Shown piece by piece: positions 26,758-37,254 of a stretch of 64,000 nt of DNA (positions are counted from its first letter, which is position 1; every line of letters begins with the position of its first letter). Origin of the DNA: Hyphomonas sp. (GTDB lineage: Bacteria > Pseudomonadota > Alphaproteobacteria > Caulobacterales > Hyphomonadaceae); NCBI RefSeq assembly GCF_013823385.1, contig NZ_PNMA01000001.1, positions 288,135 to 352,134 of the forward strand. Reading direction: 5' to 3'. Under the pieces are notes generated by a model. The model saw nothing but the letters and a program-made list of their open reading frames with translations. It had not been told where the DNA came from and ran no database searches. Made by a program: the position numbers and the translations under genes.

Positions 26758-26936
26758 TTTCCACCTTTAGGTTTTAATCTGTCTCCTAAGTGACAGGCGT
26801 TCTAGCAAGTTTTGTGGTGCATAAATTTCTGAAACGCTTGCCAAATATTTGAAACGCCGAGGGGCGTGGGCTTAACGTTCATGTCGGAGGCGTGGAGGTA
26901 TCTTGCAATCCCAATTCCAGACAATCGCCTTAAATA

Positions 26937-29900
26937 CTAGTAATCTCGCTTCCAGCGGACAGAAATCCTTGATTCACCAGTAGATCGGGCTTCGGACGTA
27001 ACAGAAATCTGAGGGCGGGGTTGCCATTCAACTTCTACAGAATTCCCGGCCGCGCCAGCCGTCGTCACCTCCAGATAGACATCCGGCGCCAGATACTGTC
27101 CCACCCCCAGTTCTGTAGTACCTTCATCACTCAAGCCCAGACGCAGGCGGTCGAGACCGAGGCCTGCCTGGATCTGGCCAAGGGGATCAAGTCCGCCGCC
27201 CTGGCCACTGAGGCGGGCAATCGAATTGGCCAGTTCGGCCGCTTCCAGCGCTGACAGGTCCATGACCGAGCGCCCGAACAGCATTCTGGCCAGAATTTCG
27301 TCGGCCGGGAGGTCCGGCGTGCTGGTGAGTTCGATCCTCGGGCTTGTCGGGGAGCCGGTGACATCGATCCTGGCGGAGAAACCGTCGACCACGCGTGCCG
27401 CGCTGATCGCAACTCTGGCCGAATCGATCGGTCCGTCGAAGGTGACCGTGCCTGCGTCAAAGACGAAGGGGCGGCGCGCAAGCTCCAGTTCCCCACGAAC
27501 CAGGGTGGCGCGGCCATTGAGAAGCGGAGCGGCGGGAGAGCCGGTGACGCTGACATTGACGCCCCATTCGGAGTCCAGACCGCGCCCATCGATGAAAATC
27601 CGGCGATCCGACTGGATGCGGAAATTGAACTTGATGGGTTTTTCCAGAACCGGATCGGCCGGCTCGTCCGACAGGTCTTCCCGCCAACGTACATCCAGCC
27701 GCCTGACGCCCGCGGTGGGCAGATTGTCGAGCGAATAGCGCGCTTCATCTACAGTGAGACTGCCGGAAATGACCCGGTCTGTGGCCGATTCGGTAAGGGC
27801 CGCCGTGCCAGACAGCCGCATGCTGTCCGAATTGCGATCATAGACGAGTAGCCGCCTGAGCTCGATGTCGACCTTGCCTTCGCCGCCCTGATCGAGCCGG
27901 CCTGTGGCTTTAAGGTTGCCGCCGTCCGGCCCCTGTCCGGTGGCATTGACGCTAATTGCGCCGTTCTCCAGGGCGGCATTGAGATCGAATCGCGCGATCC
28001 GGAAACCCATGGCGCCGTATTCATACAGGCCGTCGGCAATATCGACGCGGGCATCGATCTGCGGTGTCTCAAGCGTGCCTGCGAGGCGGAGGGATGAGTT
28101 GAGCTTTCCGCCAATGTCGTGGCCATAGGCCAGAGCAATCTGGCGGATGGCTTCAAGATCGCCGCTAAACTTTGCATTCCCCAGCAGGGGGGCTTGATGA
28201 TTGAGGCGCGCCATCTGCCCTTCCTGGGCAATGACCGGAAGCGCGAAAGCGAAATCCCCGCCCAGGGTAGGGCCATACTTGGCGCTGCCATCAATGGAGA
28301 GGCGGCGCGCATCCAGCTTGCCGCTGATGTCGAGGTCAATGGCGCCGTCCAGACCGGTCACCGGGCTGTTGTTGCGGATGTCAAAGCTTCCGGAGGGGGT
28401 CAGCCCGTAAGGACGGAACGAGCCCGTGCCATCAATCCGCGCGGATGAGACGAGCGCGCCAAACGAAGACAGGACCGGGCTGACATCCACATTATCAAGG
28501 GCAAATTTGAACTCCGGCGCTGTGCCAACCATGTCCAGGGACACTTGGGCGACGCCGCCGAAAATGCCGAGTTCAGCGTCCACTTCGGGCGTGTCCCCCA
28601 GCCGCCAGCGGGCGTCCCGCCGGGTCGAAACCGTCTGTCCAAAGATCATTCCGCGCAGCGACAGCGTGCCTTCGGGAGCGCCCCCCGAAAAAGACGCGGT
28701 TCCCGACACCCGCATGTCCGTCTGGCGGTTGCGGGCCGGATCCTCAAGCTTTGCGGAAAATTGATAGCCACGCTCGGTGGTCGTGATGCCAGCGTTGATG
28801 CGCTCGAAGCGCACGTCGTCTGAAACGATTGTGTTGCGGGCATCCGCGTTCAAGACAATGGAGAGCGGCTCTCCGGAGGATTGGCGGACCGAGGCATCCA
28901 GAGCGATCCGCCCGAACTCGACGCCGCTGAAGACGAAATCATTGCCGGACACGCGTGCGGCCGCATCGAGCGCGCCGCCATCAGAGAATTCGGCATGTCC
29001 GCCAATCTGCAGCTGACCGAGAAAGCCTGCAATGTCGTCAATCCGTGTAGAGCGCTGGCGGCGTTGCAGGATTGCGGAGAGCGCGATGTTTTCATCACCA
29101 TACCGGCCGGCAACCCTCACCGGGCCATCAATGTTTGAGCCGGACTGTTCAAGCGATGTGGTTACCGCAAGGCGATCAATCCTGTGAGCGCCATTCTGCA
29201 CGTAGCCGTCAGCGCTCTCGGCTGTGATGAGGATGGTATCGCCGGGGCGGGAAATCGCCCCGTCAATCGCGCCGAGATTCAAGGTTGTGCCGCTGGTTGA
29301 GAGGTCGGCCGTCTGCTGCGCGGTAAAATCAAGGCGGAGGCCACCCGCGCCAGAGAGCGTTCCCGACATGTCGGCGCTGAGGCCGGGCAGGCGGGCGCGG
29401 ATCATCCGGGCGGTGACATCCCCGCCGGCTATGCGCAAGGACGCCGCCGCGTTGCCGTTTCCGTTCACGAGCGCGCCGGCCGCCTCTGGCCCGGAAAGAT
29501 TCCGGAGGGCAAGATTTGTCGAAACATCGAGGGATGAAAACGGTCCTTCGATGCTGACGATACCATCGGCTGAGCCTGAGAACCCCGCTACGAAAGGCTC
29601 AATTTTCTGATCAAGGCGCCCTGCCAGAGAGAGGCGGTTTTCCCTGGTTTCCACGGTGCCTGCCAGGTTGAAGGATCCCGTCTGGTGGCGGACGTCGCTG
29701 TCCTCGAGCGTCAGCGTTCCCGATGCCCGGTCAAAGCGTCCGGTCAGGGTGACGGTGGGCGTGTCGCCGGCCGCAGCTCTGGCAAGATCGCCGATCGGGA
29801 AGGGCCCCTGCAGTTCCAGATTGCCTGCAAATGGAATAGTTCCATCGGCAAAACCCACCGAGACACGTCCCGTGGCGGCCTCGAAAGGAAGAACGGACTC

Positions 29901-31049
29901 TTCTTCTGCCACGAGGCGGATGTCACCGGTATAGCCGGCAGTGCCGCCAGCATAGGTCAGCTCCCCATTCAGCCACACGCCGGCGCCGTTCTTCCAGAAG
30001 GGCCGCAGCGAGGCGAGATCGGCGCTGAGATGGGCGGGGCCGATCAGTTCGCGCTTGTCGAGATCGGCGAGCCCGGCGAGATGAACTTCGCCTTCCGCGA
30101 TCAGCCCGTCCAGTTCGAAATGAGCTTCATTTCCATCGAGACGGGCGGAGAGGGATGCCTCGGCTGATTTTCCGAGCAGGGAAATGACATCATCCGGCAA
30201 CGGAAGGGCTGTGGAGTCGATCTTGGCCGAAGCGCTGAGCCGGCCATTCTCCATCTTGCCCGAAAGATAGGCCTTGTCTTCCCGGTCGATGGAGAAGCGC
30301 GCTTCCGCCACGCCGTTCTTCAGATCGCCGCCGCCATTGGCTTCAAGGCGCGCGGCTGAGCCCGGTTCCAGTTCGAGCATGTGTGCAAACATGCCGTCTG
30401 CGGGCGCGTCTGCGATCACGGTGATGTCAAACCGTTTCGAAGCGGTCATGACGATCAGCAGGTCCACGCGGTCGCCGCGACCCTCCAGCGGCCGCAGGCG
30501 AAGGGCGGCATCCAGCGCGCCACTGGACTGCTGCACGAAGCGTGCGCTGATCTCCGAGGCTGATTGCGGGCCGGCAACGCCGTCGGCCAGCACCAGCCGG
30601 TCCAGCACGAGCGAATTGAGATTGACGCGCCAACGCCCGCCATCTTCAGACGGCGGACGAGGCTCTCTTTCGGGCCGCGCAAAAATCGATACGGTGTCGA
30701 TATCGAGTTCGGATATGTCTACAGTTCGCGAAAGCAGCGACAGGGGCGACCAGCGAAGACGCAAATTCTGAGCTTCGGCCCAGACCCCACCTTCATTGAT
30801 GACCTGTATCTTGCCGACGCGAAGATCAGAGAGAGGGTCTCCGCGCAATCCTTCAACGTGCAGCCGGCCATATCCGGCGACATCCATACCGTCGATCTGC
30901 GAGACAATGAAATTCCGTCCACTGTCAGTCGTGATCCACACTCTTCCGGCGCCGACCACGGCGACGCTGCCGGCTGCCGCAAGGAGGGCGCCGGCGAGCC
31001 AGGGGTGGCGTTGCCGCCAGTCCTGCAGGGGAAGTGCAGGCATCTTCAT
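26937..31049 (-). CDS. tamB: Translocation and assembly module protein TamB
   Basis: N-terminal TM, long beta-rich body, GRGLDSEW, GQYLAPDVYLEV, and ISVRWKRDY. Start overlaps the tamA stop. Confidence 0.9.
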   Translation of the reverse strand: MKMPALPLQDWRQRHPWLAGALLAAAGSVAVVGAGRVWITTDSGRNFIVSQIDGMDVAGYGRLHVEGLRGDPLSDLRVGKIQVINEGGVWAEAQNLRLRWSPLSLLSRTVDISELDIDTVSIFARPEREPRPPSEDGGRWRVNLNSLVLDRLVLADGVAGPQSASEISARFVQQSSGALDAALRLRPLEGRGDRVDLLIVMTASKRFDITVIADAPADGMFAHMLELEPGSAARLEANGGGDLKNGVAEARFSIDREDKAYLSGKMENGRLSASAKIDSTALPLPDDVISLLGKSAEASLSARLDGNEAHFELDGLIAEGEVHLAGLADLDKRELIGPAHLSADLASLRPFWKNGAGVWLNGELTYAGGTAGYTGDIRLVAEEESVLPFEAATGRVSVGFADGTIPFAGNLELQGPFPIGDLARAAAGDTPTVTLTGRFDRASGTLTLEDSDVRHQTGSFNLAGTVETRENRLSLAGRLDQKIEPFVAGFSGSADGIVSIEGPFSSLDVSTNLALRNLSGPEAAGALVNGNGNAAASLRIAGGDVTARMIRARLPGLSADMSGTLSGAGGLRLDFTAQQTADLSTSGTTLNLGAIDGAISRPGDTILITAESADGYVQNGAHRIDRLAVTTSLEQSGSNIDGPVRVAGRYGDENIALSAILQRRQRSTRIDDIAGFLGQLQIGGHAEFSDGGALDAAARVSGNDFVFSGVEFGRIALDASVRQSSGEPLSIVLNADARNTIVSDDVRFERINAGITTTERGYQFSAKLEDPARNRQTDMRVSGTASFSGGAPEGTLSLRGMIFGQTVSTRRDARWRLGDTPEVDAELGIFGGVAQVSLDMVGTAPEFKFALDNVDVSPVLSSFGALVSSARIDGTGSFRPYGLTPSGSFDIRNNSPVTGLDGAIDLDISGKLDARRLSIDGSAKYGPTLGGDFAFALPVIAQEGQMARLNHQAPLLGNAKFSGDLEAIRQIALAYGHDIGGKLNSSLRLAGTLETPQIDARVDIADGLYEYGAMGFRIARFDLNAALENGAISVNATGQGPDGGNLKATGRLDQGGEGKVDIELRRLLVYDRNSDSMRLSGTAALTESATDRVISGSLTVDEARYSLDNLPTAGVRRLDVRWREDLSDEPADPVLEKPIKFNFRIQSDRRIFIDGRGLDSEWGVNVSVTGSPAAPLLNGRATLVRGELELARRPFVFDAGTVTFDGPIDSARVAISAARVVDGFSARIDVTGSPTSPRIELTSTPDLPADEILARMLFGRSVMDLSALEAAELANSIARLSGQGGGLDPLGQIQAGLGLDRLRLGLSDEGTTELGVGQYLAPDVYLEVTTAGAAGNSVEVEWQPRPQISVTSEARSTGESRISVRWKRDY

Positions 31050-32869
31050 CAGAAGGCTTGTCCGATGGAGACGTATATCTGCAGCGGCGCGTCGCCATCG
31101 CGCTTGCTCAGGGGCGCGGCGATGTCAAACCGGATAGGGCCGAACCCGGGATAGTAGCGGATGCCAAGGCCTACGGATGCCTTGGCGTCGCTGAAAACCG
31201 TGCCCGGATCATCGCTGGCTGCGCCGACATCCACAAAGGCTGCATAGCCAAACCGCTCCGACCGCCGCCAGCGCAGTTCTGCCGATGCCGAAAAGAGGCT
31301 GCGTCCGCCGAAATACTCGCCGAACTCGTCGGTGGGGGAAAGGGACTGGTATTCGTACCCCCGCACCGTGCCGCCGCCTCCGGCGAAGAACAGCCTGTCG
31401 GTTGGCACGGCATTGGAGCCGGCAAAGGCGCCATATTCGGCGCGGACGGCCGCCACGAGATCGCTGGCAATTTTCCGGTAAGTGGCGCCAGAAATCTGCA
31501 TGCGGGTGTAGCCCGGTGTGCTGTTGCCCACGGATATGCCGGACTCGACGGAGGCAAAGCCGCGGATGCCTTCCTGCGGGTCCAGCGGATCACCAACATC
31601 CGTATACGCCGCTGTTACCGGGATGGAGAAGGTAACCTGTTCGCGCTCGCCGAGATAAATCCGGGTACGCTGATCGGTAATGCGCGTGGCGTCTATGGCG
31701 GCGCCGATGGAAAGCGTGAGCTGGCGCGTGAAGGGTTGGGAGAGCGTTGCGGCGATCTTCGCCCCATCCAGATCATAGGCCTGGGTTTCTTCCTGGCGAA
31801 TGCCGGTTTCCGTCGTGAGCGTGCGGCCGAACCGGCCAATGTTTGGCCGCTCATAAGCGGCGGTGAGGCTTCTGGCGAGTGTGGCGGCTTCGGCGCTGAC
31901 GGTGACCTTGTCCGCGCGTCCGGTGATGTTGCGTTTTTCCCAGCGCGCGTCAGCGCCGACGCCTTCGGTTGTGGAGGCGCTGACACCGAAGCTGACCGAG
32001 CGCGGTTTGGCTTCAGTCAGGGTGAGGGCGACGGTGTGATACCCGTCTGCGTCCGGCTCTCTGGAAACGACAACGCCGATGCCCTCATAGAGGCCGCTGG
32101 AGCGCAGGCGGCTGCGCAGCCGGTCGATCGTGCGCGGGTTGTAGGTGGCGCCCTCCCGCCAGGGCTTCAGAACCTGAATGGCTTTCTGGGAGCGCGGATC
32201 GGTTTCATCACTTTGCAGTTCGCCGAGGCGCACAAGGGGGCCGGGATCAACGGTGTACGTGATCTCGACATTGGCATCTTCGCGTGAGGCAAGAGCGTCG
32301 ATGCCGGGGCTTGTGGCAAACGCATAGCCCCGCATCTGCAGGGAGGTGACGAGTTCGGCCTCAACCCGCTCCACTTCCAGAGCCTTTACGACACTGCCGG
32401 ATGGCAGCTTGGCAAGGTGGCCGTCAATGATCCTGCGTGTTTCCGGATCGACCGTCTCGGCGCCATTCAGGCCGACAGAAAGAATGGTGAAGCGCGGGCC
32501 GGAATCGACCGTGAGGGCGGCGCTGGCCTCCATCGTGGTGAAGTCTTCCGGGCGCACTTCGGCGGCGAGGTATCCCTCAGATGCCAGAAGGTCTTCTATG
32601 GACCGCGCCAGCGTCTGCGCGCGGTTTCGCTTTTCCAGAACGCTGCGCGGTGCCGGCTGGTCGGTATTGAGCAGGGCGTTCGCCCGGGCGGCGAGCGCCG
32701 GGGGCACCCCGACCAGATGAAAGTGACCCTGGGCAACAGAGCCGTTGGCCCCGCCATTTCCATTCTGCGTTCCATTGATGGACGCGCAGGCGGCGACGGC
32801 GCCCAGCAGGCAGGCGCCAGCAATCGGCCGGAGCCGATTAAATCCAGAGTTCGGAACGCCGCGTATCAT
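31049..32869 (-). CDS. tamA: Omp85-family TamA
   Basis: POTRA-like domains, RLFFAGGGGTVRGYEYQ lid loop, and GLGIRYYPGFGPIRFDIA...YVSIGQAF. Confidence 0.9.
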   Translation of the reverse strand: MIRGVPNSGFNRLRPIAGACLLGAVAACASINGTQNGNGGANGSVAQGHFHLVGVPPALAARANALLNTDQPAPRSVLEKRNRAQTLARSIEDLLASEGYLAAEVRPEDFTTMEASAALTVDSGPRFTILSVGLNGAETVDPETRRIIDGHLAKLPSGSVVKALEVERVEAELVTSLQMRGYAFATSPGIDALASREDANVEITYTVDPGPLVRLGELQSDETDPRSQKAIQVLKPWREGATYNPRTIDRLRSRLRSSGLYEGIGVVVSREPDADGYHTVALTLTEAKPRSVSFGVSASTTEGVGADARWEKRNITGRADKVTVSAEAATLARSLTAAYERPNIGRFGRTLTTETGIRQEETQAYDLDGAKIAATLSQPFTRQLTLSIGAAIDATRITDQRTRIYLGEREQVTFSIPVTAAYTDVGDPLDPQEGIRGFASVESGISVGNSTPGYTRMQISGATYRKIASDLVAAVRAEYGAFAGSNAVPTDRLFFAGGGGTVRGYEYQSLSPTDEFGEYFGGRSLFSASAELRWRRSERFGYAAFVDVGAASDDPGTVFSDAKASVGLGIRYYPGFGPIRFDIAAPLSKRDGDAPLQIYVSIGQAF

Positions 32870-33042
32870 GGTTACCAATATTCAGCTTTCTGCCGATCTA
32901 TTTCCCTGCAAGAACTGGCCCAATCATCCTGAAGGAAACGTGAAGCTCGGATTGCAGCCCTCCACAGGCGAGTTTTTCCGGCCCATGTAACTCTGATGCA
33001 GGGGACAGTATAAGGTCCGGATTTCAGTGGGATTAATGATAA

Positions 33043-34062
33043 ATGATGTATCTGATGATCTTGGCGGGGCTTGTTCTGCTGTTCGTTGGCGGGGAAGCGC
33101 TCGTGCGCGGCTCGGTCAGCGTGGCCCGCAGGCTCAACATCTCTGAGCTTGTCATCGGTCTGACACTGGTGGGATTCGGCACATCGGTGCCGGAACTTGT
33201 CACCAGCCTGCAGGCGGTGGGCCGGGGCGCTGTGGGCATTTCCGTCGGCAATGTGGTCGGCTCGAACGTCGCCAATGTGTTGCTGGTGCTGGCGATTGCG
33301 GTGATCCTGTCGCCCATCATCGTACACCCAAAGGCAATCATGCGCGACGGGCTGGTGATGGTGGCGGCGACGGCGATTCTGTGTGGTCTGCTGTGGTTTG
33401 ACCAGTTCAACCGCATTTCGGGCTTCATACTGCTGGTGATTCTGATCAGCTATCTCGTGATCTCCCTCGTCCTCGACCAGCGGCGCCAGGACGATACGGC
33501 TGTGATGCACCGGGAAGAGGGCGAAGTGGTGGATGCCCAGTATGGTTTGATGCTGGGGATCATCATTGCGGTGGCGGGCCTTATCGGCGTGGTGGCAGGG
33601 GCCAACCTGCTTGTGGAGGGCTCTGTGACCCTCGCCCGGTCGATCGGCATCAGCGAGACGGTGATCGGCCTGACGATCGTGGCGATCGGCACCAGCCTGC
33701 CGGAGCTGGCGACGTCTGTAGTGGCGGCTTTCCGGAAGAAGGCGGACGTGGCCCTGGGGAACGTGATTGGATCTAACATATTCAATATATTGGGTATTTT
33801 GGGTGTTACCGCGCTGGTTAAACCCTTCAGCGTGCGCGGCGATGCCAATGCCGCGGCCCTCGCGGGCACAGAGCCGGTCAGCATCATGAGTTCCATCGAT
33901 ATCGGCGCGCTGGTCCTGTCTGTCGCGCTCTTGTTCCTGTTTGCGCTGACCGGCCGGAAGCTGGCGCGCTGGGAGGGGGCGGTGTTGCTCCTGGGATATG
34001 TCCTCTATATGGGCCTGACCTTCGATCTCATTCCTGTACCGGCGATCCTTTCCAATGGCTGA
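33043..34062 (+). CDS. Calcium/sodium antiporter (YrbG-like)
   Basis: Two alpha repeats, GTSVPEL..GNVVGSN and [14 protein letters not shown]. Confidence 0.92.
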   Translation: MMYLMILAGLVLLFVGGEALVRGSVSVARRLNISELVIGLTLVGFGTSVPELVTSLQAVGRGAVGISVGNVVGSNVANVLLVLAIAVILSPIIVHPKAIMRDGLVMVAATAILCGLLWFDQFNRISGFILLVILISYLVISLVLDQRRQDDTAVMHREEGEVVDAQYGLMLGIIIAVAGLIGVVAGANLLVEGSVTLARSIGISETVIGLTIVAIGTSLPELATSVVAAFRKKADVALGNVIGSNIFNILGILGVTALVKPFSVRGDANAAALAGTEPVSIMSSIDIGALVLSVALLFLFALTGRKLARWEGAVLLLGYVLYMGLTFDLIPVPAILSNG

Positions 34063-34522
34063 CAACCCGATCTATCAGAAACTTGGCCAGCTCGGCCAGC
34101 AGACGGCGCAACCTCAGAGCCCTGAAGAGGCGCAGCTGGAGCGGGTGGAAAACCCTCATTCTGATACGCTTTATCTGACACGGTTTGTGGCGCCGGAATT
34201 TACGTCGCTGTGTCCGGTGACGGGGCAGCCGGACTTTGCGCATCTGGTGATCGATTATGCGCCGGGGCCGTGGCTGGTCGAATCCAAGAGCCTGAAACTG
34301 TATCTGACCAGCTTCCGGAACCATGGGGCATTCCATGAGGAGTGCACTGTTTCCATTGGGAAAAAAGTCTTCGAGTTCACCGAGGCCAAATGGCTGCGGA
34401 TCTCCGGATACTGGTATCCGAGGGGTGGGATTCCCATCGACGTATTCTGGCAGTCAGGCGACGTTCCGAAGGGTCTCTACGTGCCCGAAACGGGGGTCGC
34501 GTCCTATCGCGGGCGTGGCTGA
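34055..34522 (+). CDS. queF: NADPH-dependent preQ0 reductase (type I)
   Basis: [28 protein letters not shown], and PRGGIPID. Confidence 0.97.
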   Translation: MADNPIYQKLGQLGQQTAQPQSPEEAQLERVENPHSDTLYLTRFVAPEFTSLCPVTGQPDFAHLVIDYAPGPWLVESKSLKLYLTSFRNHGAFHEECTVSIGKKVFEFTEAKWLRISGYWYPRGGIPIDVFWQSGDVPKGLYVPETGVASYRGRG

Positions 34523-34581
34523 GCCGGTCAGATCGCGGACAAATCCGGACAGTTCTGGACAAATCCGGACACTTCCGGTCA
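34521..34581 (+). repeat. Six-unit 10-11 bp tandem array ending in GG(A/T)CA
   Basis: GAGCCGGTCA GATCGCGGACA AATCCGGACA GTTCTGGACA AATCCGGACA CTTCCGGTCA. Confidence 0.85.
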
Positions 34582-35217
34582 CCCGGCGGACTTGGCCGGC
34601 CAGGCTGTGACCAGTCCCGGCAGGTCCGGACGGATACGCTCCTGAGGCTGGGCGGTGGCCGTGCCGATATAGATGAACCCGGCGAGGCGCTCTGTTTCGC
34701 GCAGGCCGAGCAGGGCGTCGACCTCCGGGCTGAAGGTGATCCATTCCGACAGCCAGACGCCGCCCCAGCCGCAGGCATTGGCCGCCAGCAGCAGGTTGTA
34801 GCAGAGGGCGCCGGCCGAGAGTTCCTGTTCCCAGACGGGGGTTCTGCCATCGTCGGTGGGGGAGGAGACGACCGCCACCACCGTTGGGGCGCGCAGCGGC
34901 AGGCCGGCGGCTTCCAGAATGTCGCGTTGTTCAGCGCCGGGCTTGCGGCCGGCAATGTGGGCGAGTTCCTTGCCGAAATGCGCGCGGGCGTCGCCCTGGA
35001 AGGTGATGAACCGCCAGGGGGCCATCTTGCGGTGATCGGGCACGCGCACGGCAATGGTCAGCAGTTCCTGCAATTCGTCCGGGGTGGGCCCCGGCTCGCT
35101 GAGGAAGAGCTTGTTGGCGGATTTGCGCAGGGCCAGGAAGCTGCGGACGGCATTCGCGGGCCTTGCGGCGAGAAGCGGAATGCCTGCGGGCGGGGGATCT
35201 GGGAAGAGCTTGGTCAC
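34579..35217 (-). CDS. Nitroreductase family protein (YdjA-like)
   Basis: RKS, AVRVPDHRKMAPWRF, and WEQELSAGA...GGVWLS. Confidence 0.9.
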   Translation of the reverse strand: MTKLFPDPPPAGIPLLAARPANAVRSFLALRKSANKLFLSEPGPTPDELQELLTIAVRVPDHRKMAPWRFITFQGDARAHFGKELAHIAGRKPGAEQRDILEAAGLPLRAPTVVAVVSSPTDDGRTPVWEQELSAGALCYNLLLAANACGWGGVWLSEWITFSPEVDALLGLRETERLAGFIYIGTATAQPQERIRPDLPGLVTAWPAKSAG

Positions 35218-35312
35218 ACAGATCGCCTTAGCCCTTTGCGAGGCGTTCGCAAAGCCTGATTCGGGCCAATGATTTGCTTGCCACGGAATTGGAGGCGGCG
35301 TATCACTTCAAT

Positions 35313-35327
35313 GTGAACAGTGTTCAC
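35313..35327. promoter_or_regulatory. Palindromic operator upstream of TetR
   Basis: Perfect GTGAACA-G-TGTTCAC, with an extra TGAACA half-site at 35332. Confidence 0.7.
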
Positions 35328-35355
35328 TAAATGAACAATCATTGAGGCGCCGACT

Positions 35356-36057
35356 TTGGACTCCGATACCCTTCCGGAAGAAAGCCCTGCAGAGCGCCGC
35401 CGCCAGCGGGTACGCACGGCGATTCTCGACGCGGCCGAGCGCGTCTTCTCCAAGGAGGGCGAGGCGGGCCTCTCCATCCGGAGGCTGGCCGAGGAAATCG
35501 ATTACTCGCCCGCAGCGATCTATAAGTATTTCGGCTCCAAGGAGGAGCTGCTCGACGAGTTGAAGGAATCCTTCTTCGAGCGGCTGATGTCGACCGTAGA
35601 CCGGGCGGCCCTTACGACCCTGCCTTTCGAGGCCCGCGTGCGGCAGTGCTTTGCCAAATATGTCGAGACCGCCATTGCGCGTCCTTATCACTATGCCGCC
35701 GCCTTTGCCTCGGCCGCAGACCCGAGTGCCGGCATGAATGGCACGGACTGCTGGGAGGATTTCGAGAAGACCCATAAGGGCCAGGCGTTCATGATCGTTG
35801 TGGGGCTTGTCCGGGAAGGGCAGGAGATTGGCGTCTTCGACACATCTTTTGACCCCTACGTCGCCGCAAAGTCTCTCTGGGCGTCCATGCATGGCGTAGC
35901 GCTTCTGCTGATCCACCTGCCGGACTTTCCCGGCCTTCTGCCGCTTCCGGATCGCAGGATCGATACCGCCAACTTCCTCCAGTTTCACGCCGGGCTGCTG
36001 TTCCGCAGCCTGTGTGCTTCCCCAGTACCGCCAGTTTGTTCCGGGCACGACGAATGA
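35356..36057 (+). CDS. TetR/AcrR family regulator
   Basis: AILDAAERVFSKEG..LSIRRLAEEIDYSPAAIYKYFGSKEEL. TTG start. Confidence 0.93.
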   Translation: MDSDTLPEESPAERRRQRVRTAILDAAERVFSKEGEAGLSIRRLAEEIDYSPAAIYKYFGSKEELLDELKESFFERLMSTVDRAALTTLPFEARVRQCFAKYVETAIARPYHYAAAFASAADPSAGMNGTDCWEDFEKTHKGQAFMIVVGLVREGQEIGVFDTSFDPYVAAKSLWASMHGVALLLIHLPDFPGLLPLPDRRIDTANFLQFHAGLLFRSLCASPVPPVCSGHDE

Positions 36058-37235
36058 CCTCTGAGACCGCTTACGAGCCCGCCCCCAGCCGGCGCCGCCC
36101 GACCCTTCTGAAGGCCGTGATATTCATTGTGCTGATGGCCGCGATCATGGCAGGCCTGCTGGCAGCGGCGAGCCTGCTGCGCAGCAAGGAAGGGCCGAAG
36201 ATAGCCACGGTCGAGCCTCAGCCTCTGGCCGTCAGCGTGTCGCCGGTGGAATATCTTACCGAGCTGGATATCGAGGAGCTGTTCACCGGCATTGCCGAGG
36301 CGCGGCGAACCAGCCGGCTGGGATTTCAGACCGGCGGGCGCATCGAGCGGATTGATGTGCGCGTGGGCGACACGGTAAAGGCAGGGCAGACGATTGCCCG
36401 GCTGGATACGCGCGGCCTCAGCGCGCAGCTGGCTTCGGCCCGCGCAGTGGTGGAAGAGGCCCGCACTTCCCACCAGCTGGCCCTGGATACGGCCGATCGG
36501 CAGCGCCAGTTGCAGGCGCAGGGGCATGTGTCTGCGCAGCGCGTCGAAGAGTTCGTGGCGCAGGCCACCACGGCGATGGCACGTGTGGAAGCGGCCAGGG
36601 CGCAGGCAGATACGCTCCGTGTACAAATAGATCTGGCAAGCATCACCGCGCCTTATGATGGCATGATCGTTGCCCGCTTTGCCGATGAGGGCGCGATTGC
36701 CGGGCCAGGGCAGGCCATTCTGGAACTCGTGGAAGCCGGAGACCTGGAGGCACGCATTGGCGTTGCGGCGCGGATTGTTCCGCAGCTGGTGCCGGGCGAC
36801 ACTTACACGCTGGAAGCGGAAACCGGCCCGGTGGACGCGGTACTGAGAAGTGTGACGGGGGTTGTGGATGCTTCCCAGCGGACGGTGGCGGCGGTGTTTG
36901 AGGTTCCGGCGAGCAGCGGGGTTCCCGCAGGTTCGCTCGTGCGCCTCAAGATGCAACGCAAGCTGGAGGAGAAGGGCTTCTGGGTGCCGCTGAAGGCGCT
37001 GTCGAGCGCCAATCGGGGCATGTGGACGGTCTACGCGGTTGTGGGCGAGGGCGATGACTGGCGCGCGCAGCCAAGGCTGGTCGAGATGGTCTATCCCGCC
37101 GGAGAGCGCGCTTTTGTGCGCGGTCCTGTGGAACCCGGCGAGCGGATCATCGTCGACGGGCTTCAGCGGGTAACGCCGGGGGCGAAGGTATTGCCCCGTG
37201 AGGTGCAACACGCCGAAACGGCGAATGGCGGCTGA
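36054..37235 (+). CDS. RND efflux periplasmic adaptor (MFP)
   Basis: TM anchor, LGFQTGGRIERIDVRVGD, and ITAPYDG lipoyl halves. ATGA overlap with tetR. Confidence 0.92.
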   Translation: MTSETAYEPAPSRRRPTLLKAVIFIVLMAAIMAGLLAAASLLRSKEGPKIATVEPQPLAVSVSPVEYLTELDIEELFTGIAEARRTSRLGFQTGGRIERIDVRVGDTVKAGQTIARLDTRGLSAQLASARAVVEEARTSHQLALDTADRQRQLQAQGHVSAQRVEEFVAQATTAMARVEAARAQADTLRVQIDLASITAPYDGMIVARFADEGAIAGPGQAILELVEAGDLEARIGVAARIVPQLVPGDTYTLEAETGPVDAVLRSVTGVVDASQRTVAAVFEVPASSGVPAGSLVRLKMQRKLEEKGFWVPLKALSSANRGMWTVYAVVGEGDDWRAQPRLVEMVYPAGERAFVRGPVEPGERIIVDGLQRVTPGAKVLPREVQHAETANGG

Positions 37236-37254
37236 CGGCGCGGAGGGGGCTGGG

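Noticed and set aside
26758-26936. CtrA boxes in AT-rich intergenic regions
   Set aside because: Only isolated TTAA half-sites; no TTAA-N7-TTAA found by eye.
34521-34581. GGACA array as a CRISPR array or DnaA-box cluster
   Set aside because: Units are 10-11 bp with no spacers and no cas genes. The best unit has 2 mismatches to the 9-bp DnaA box, and no origin context is present.
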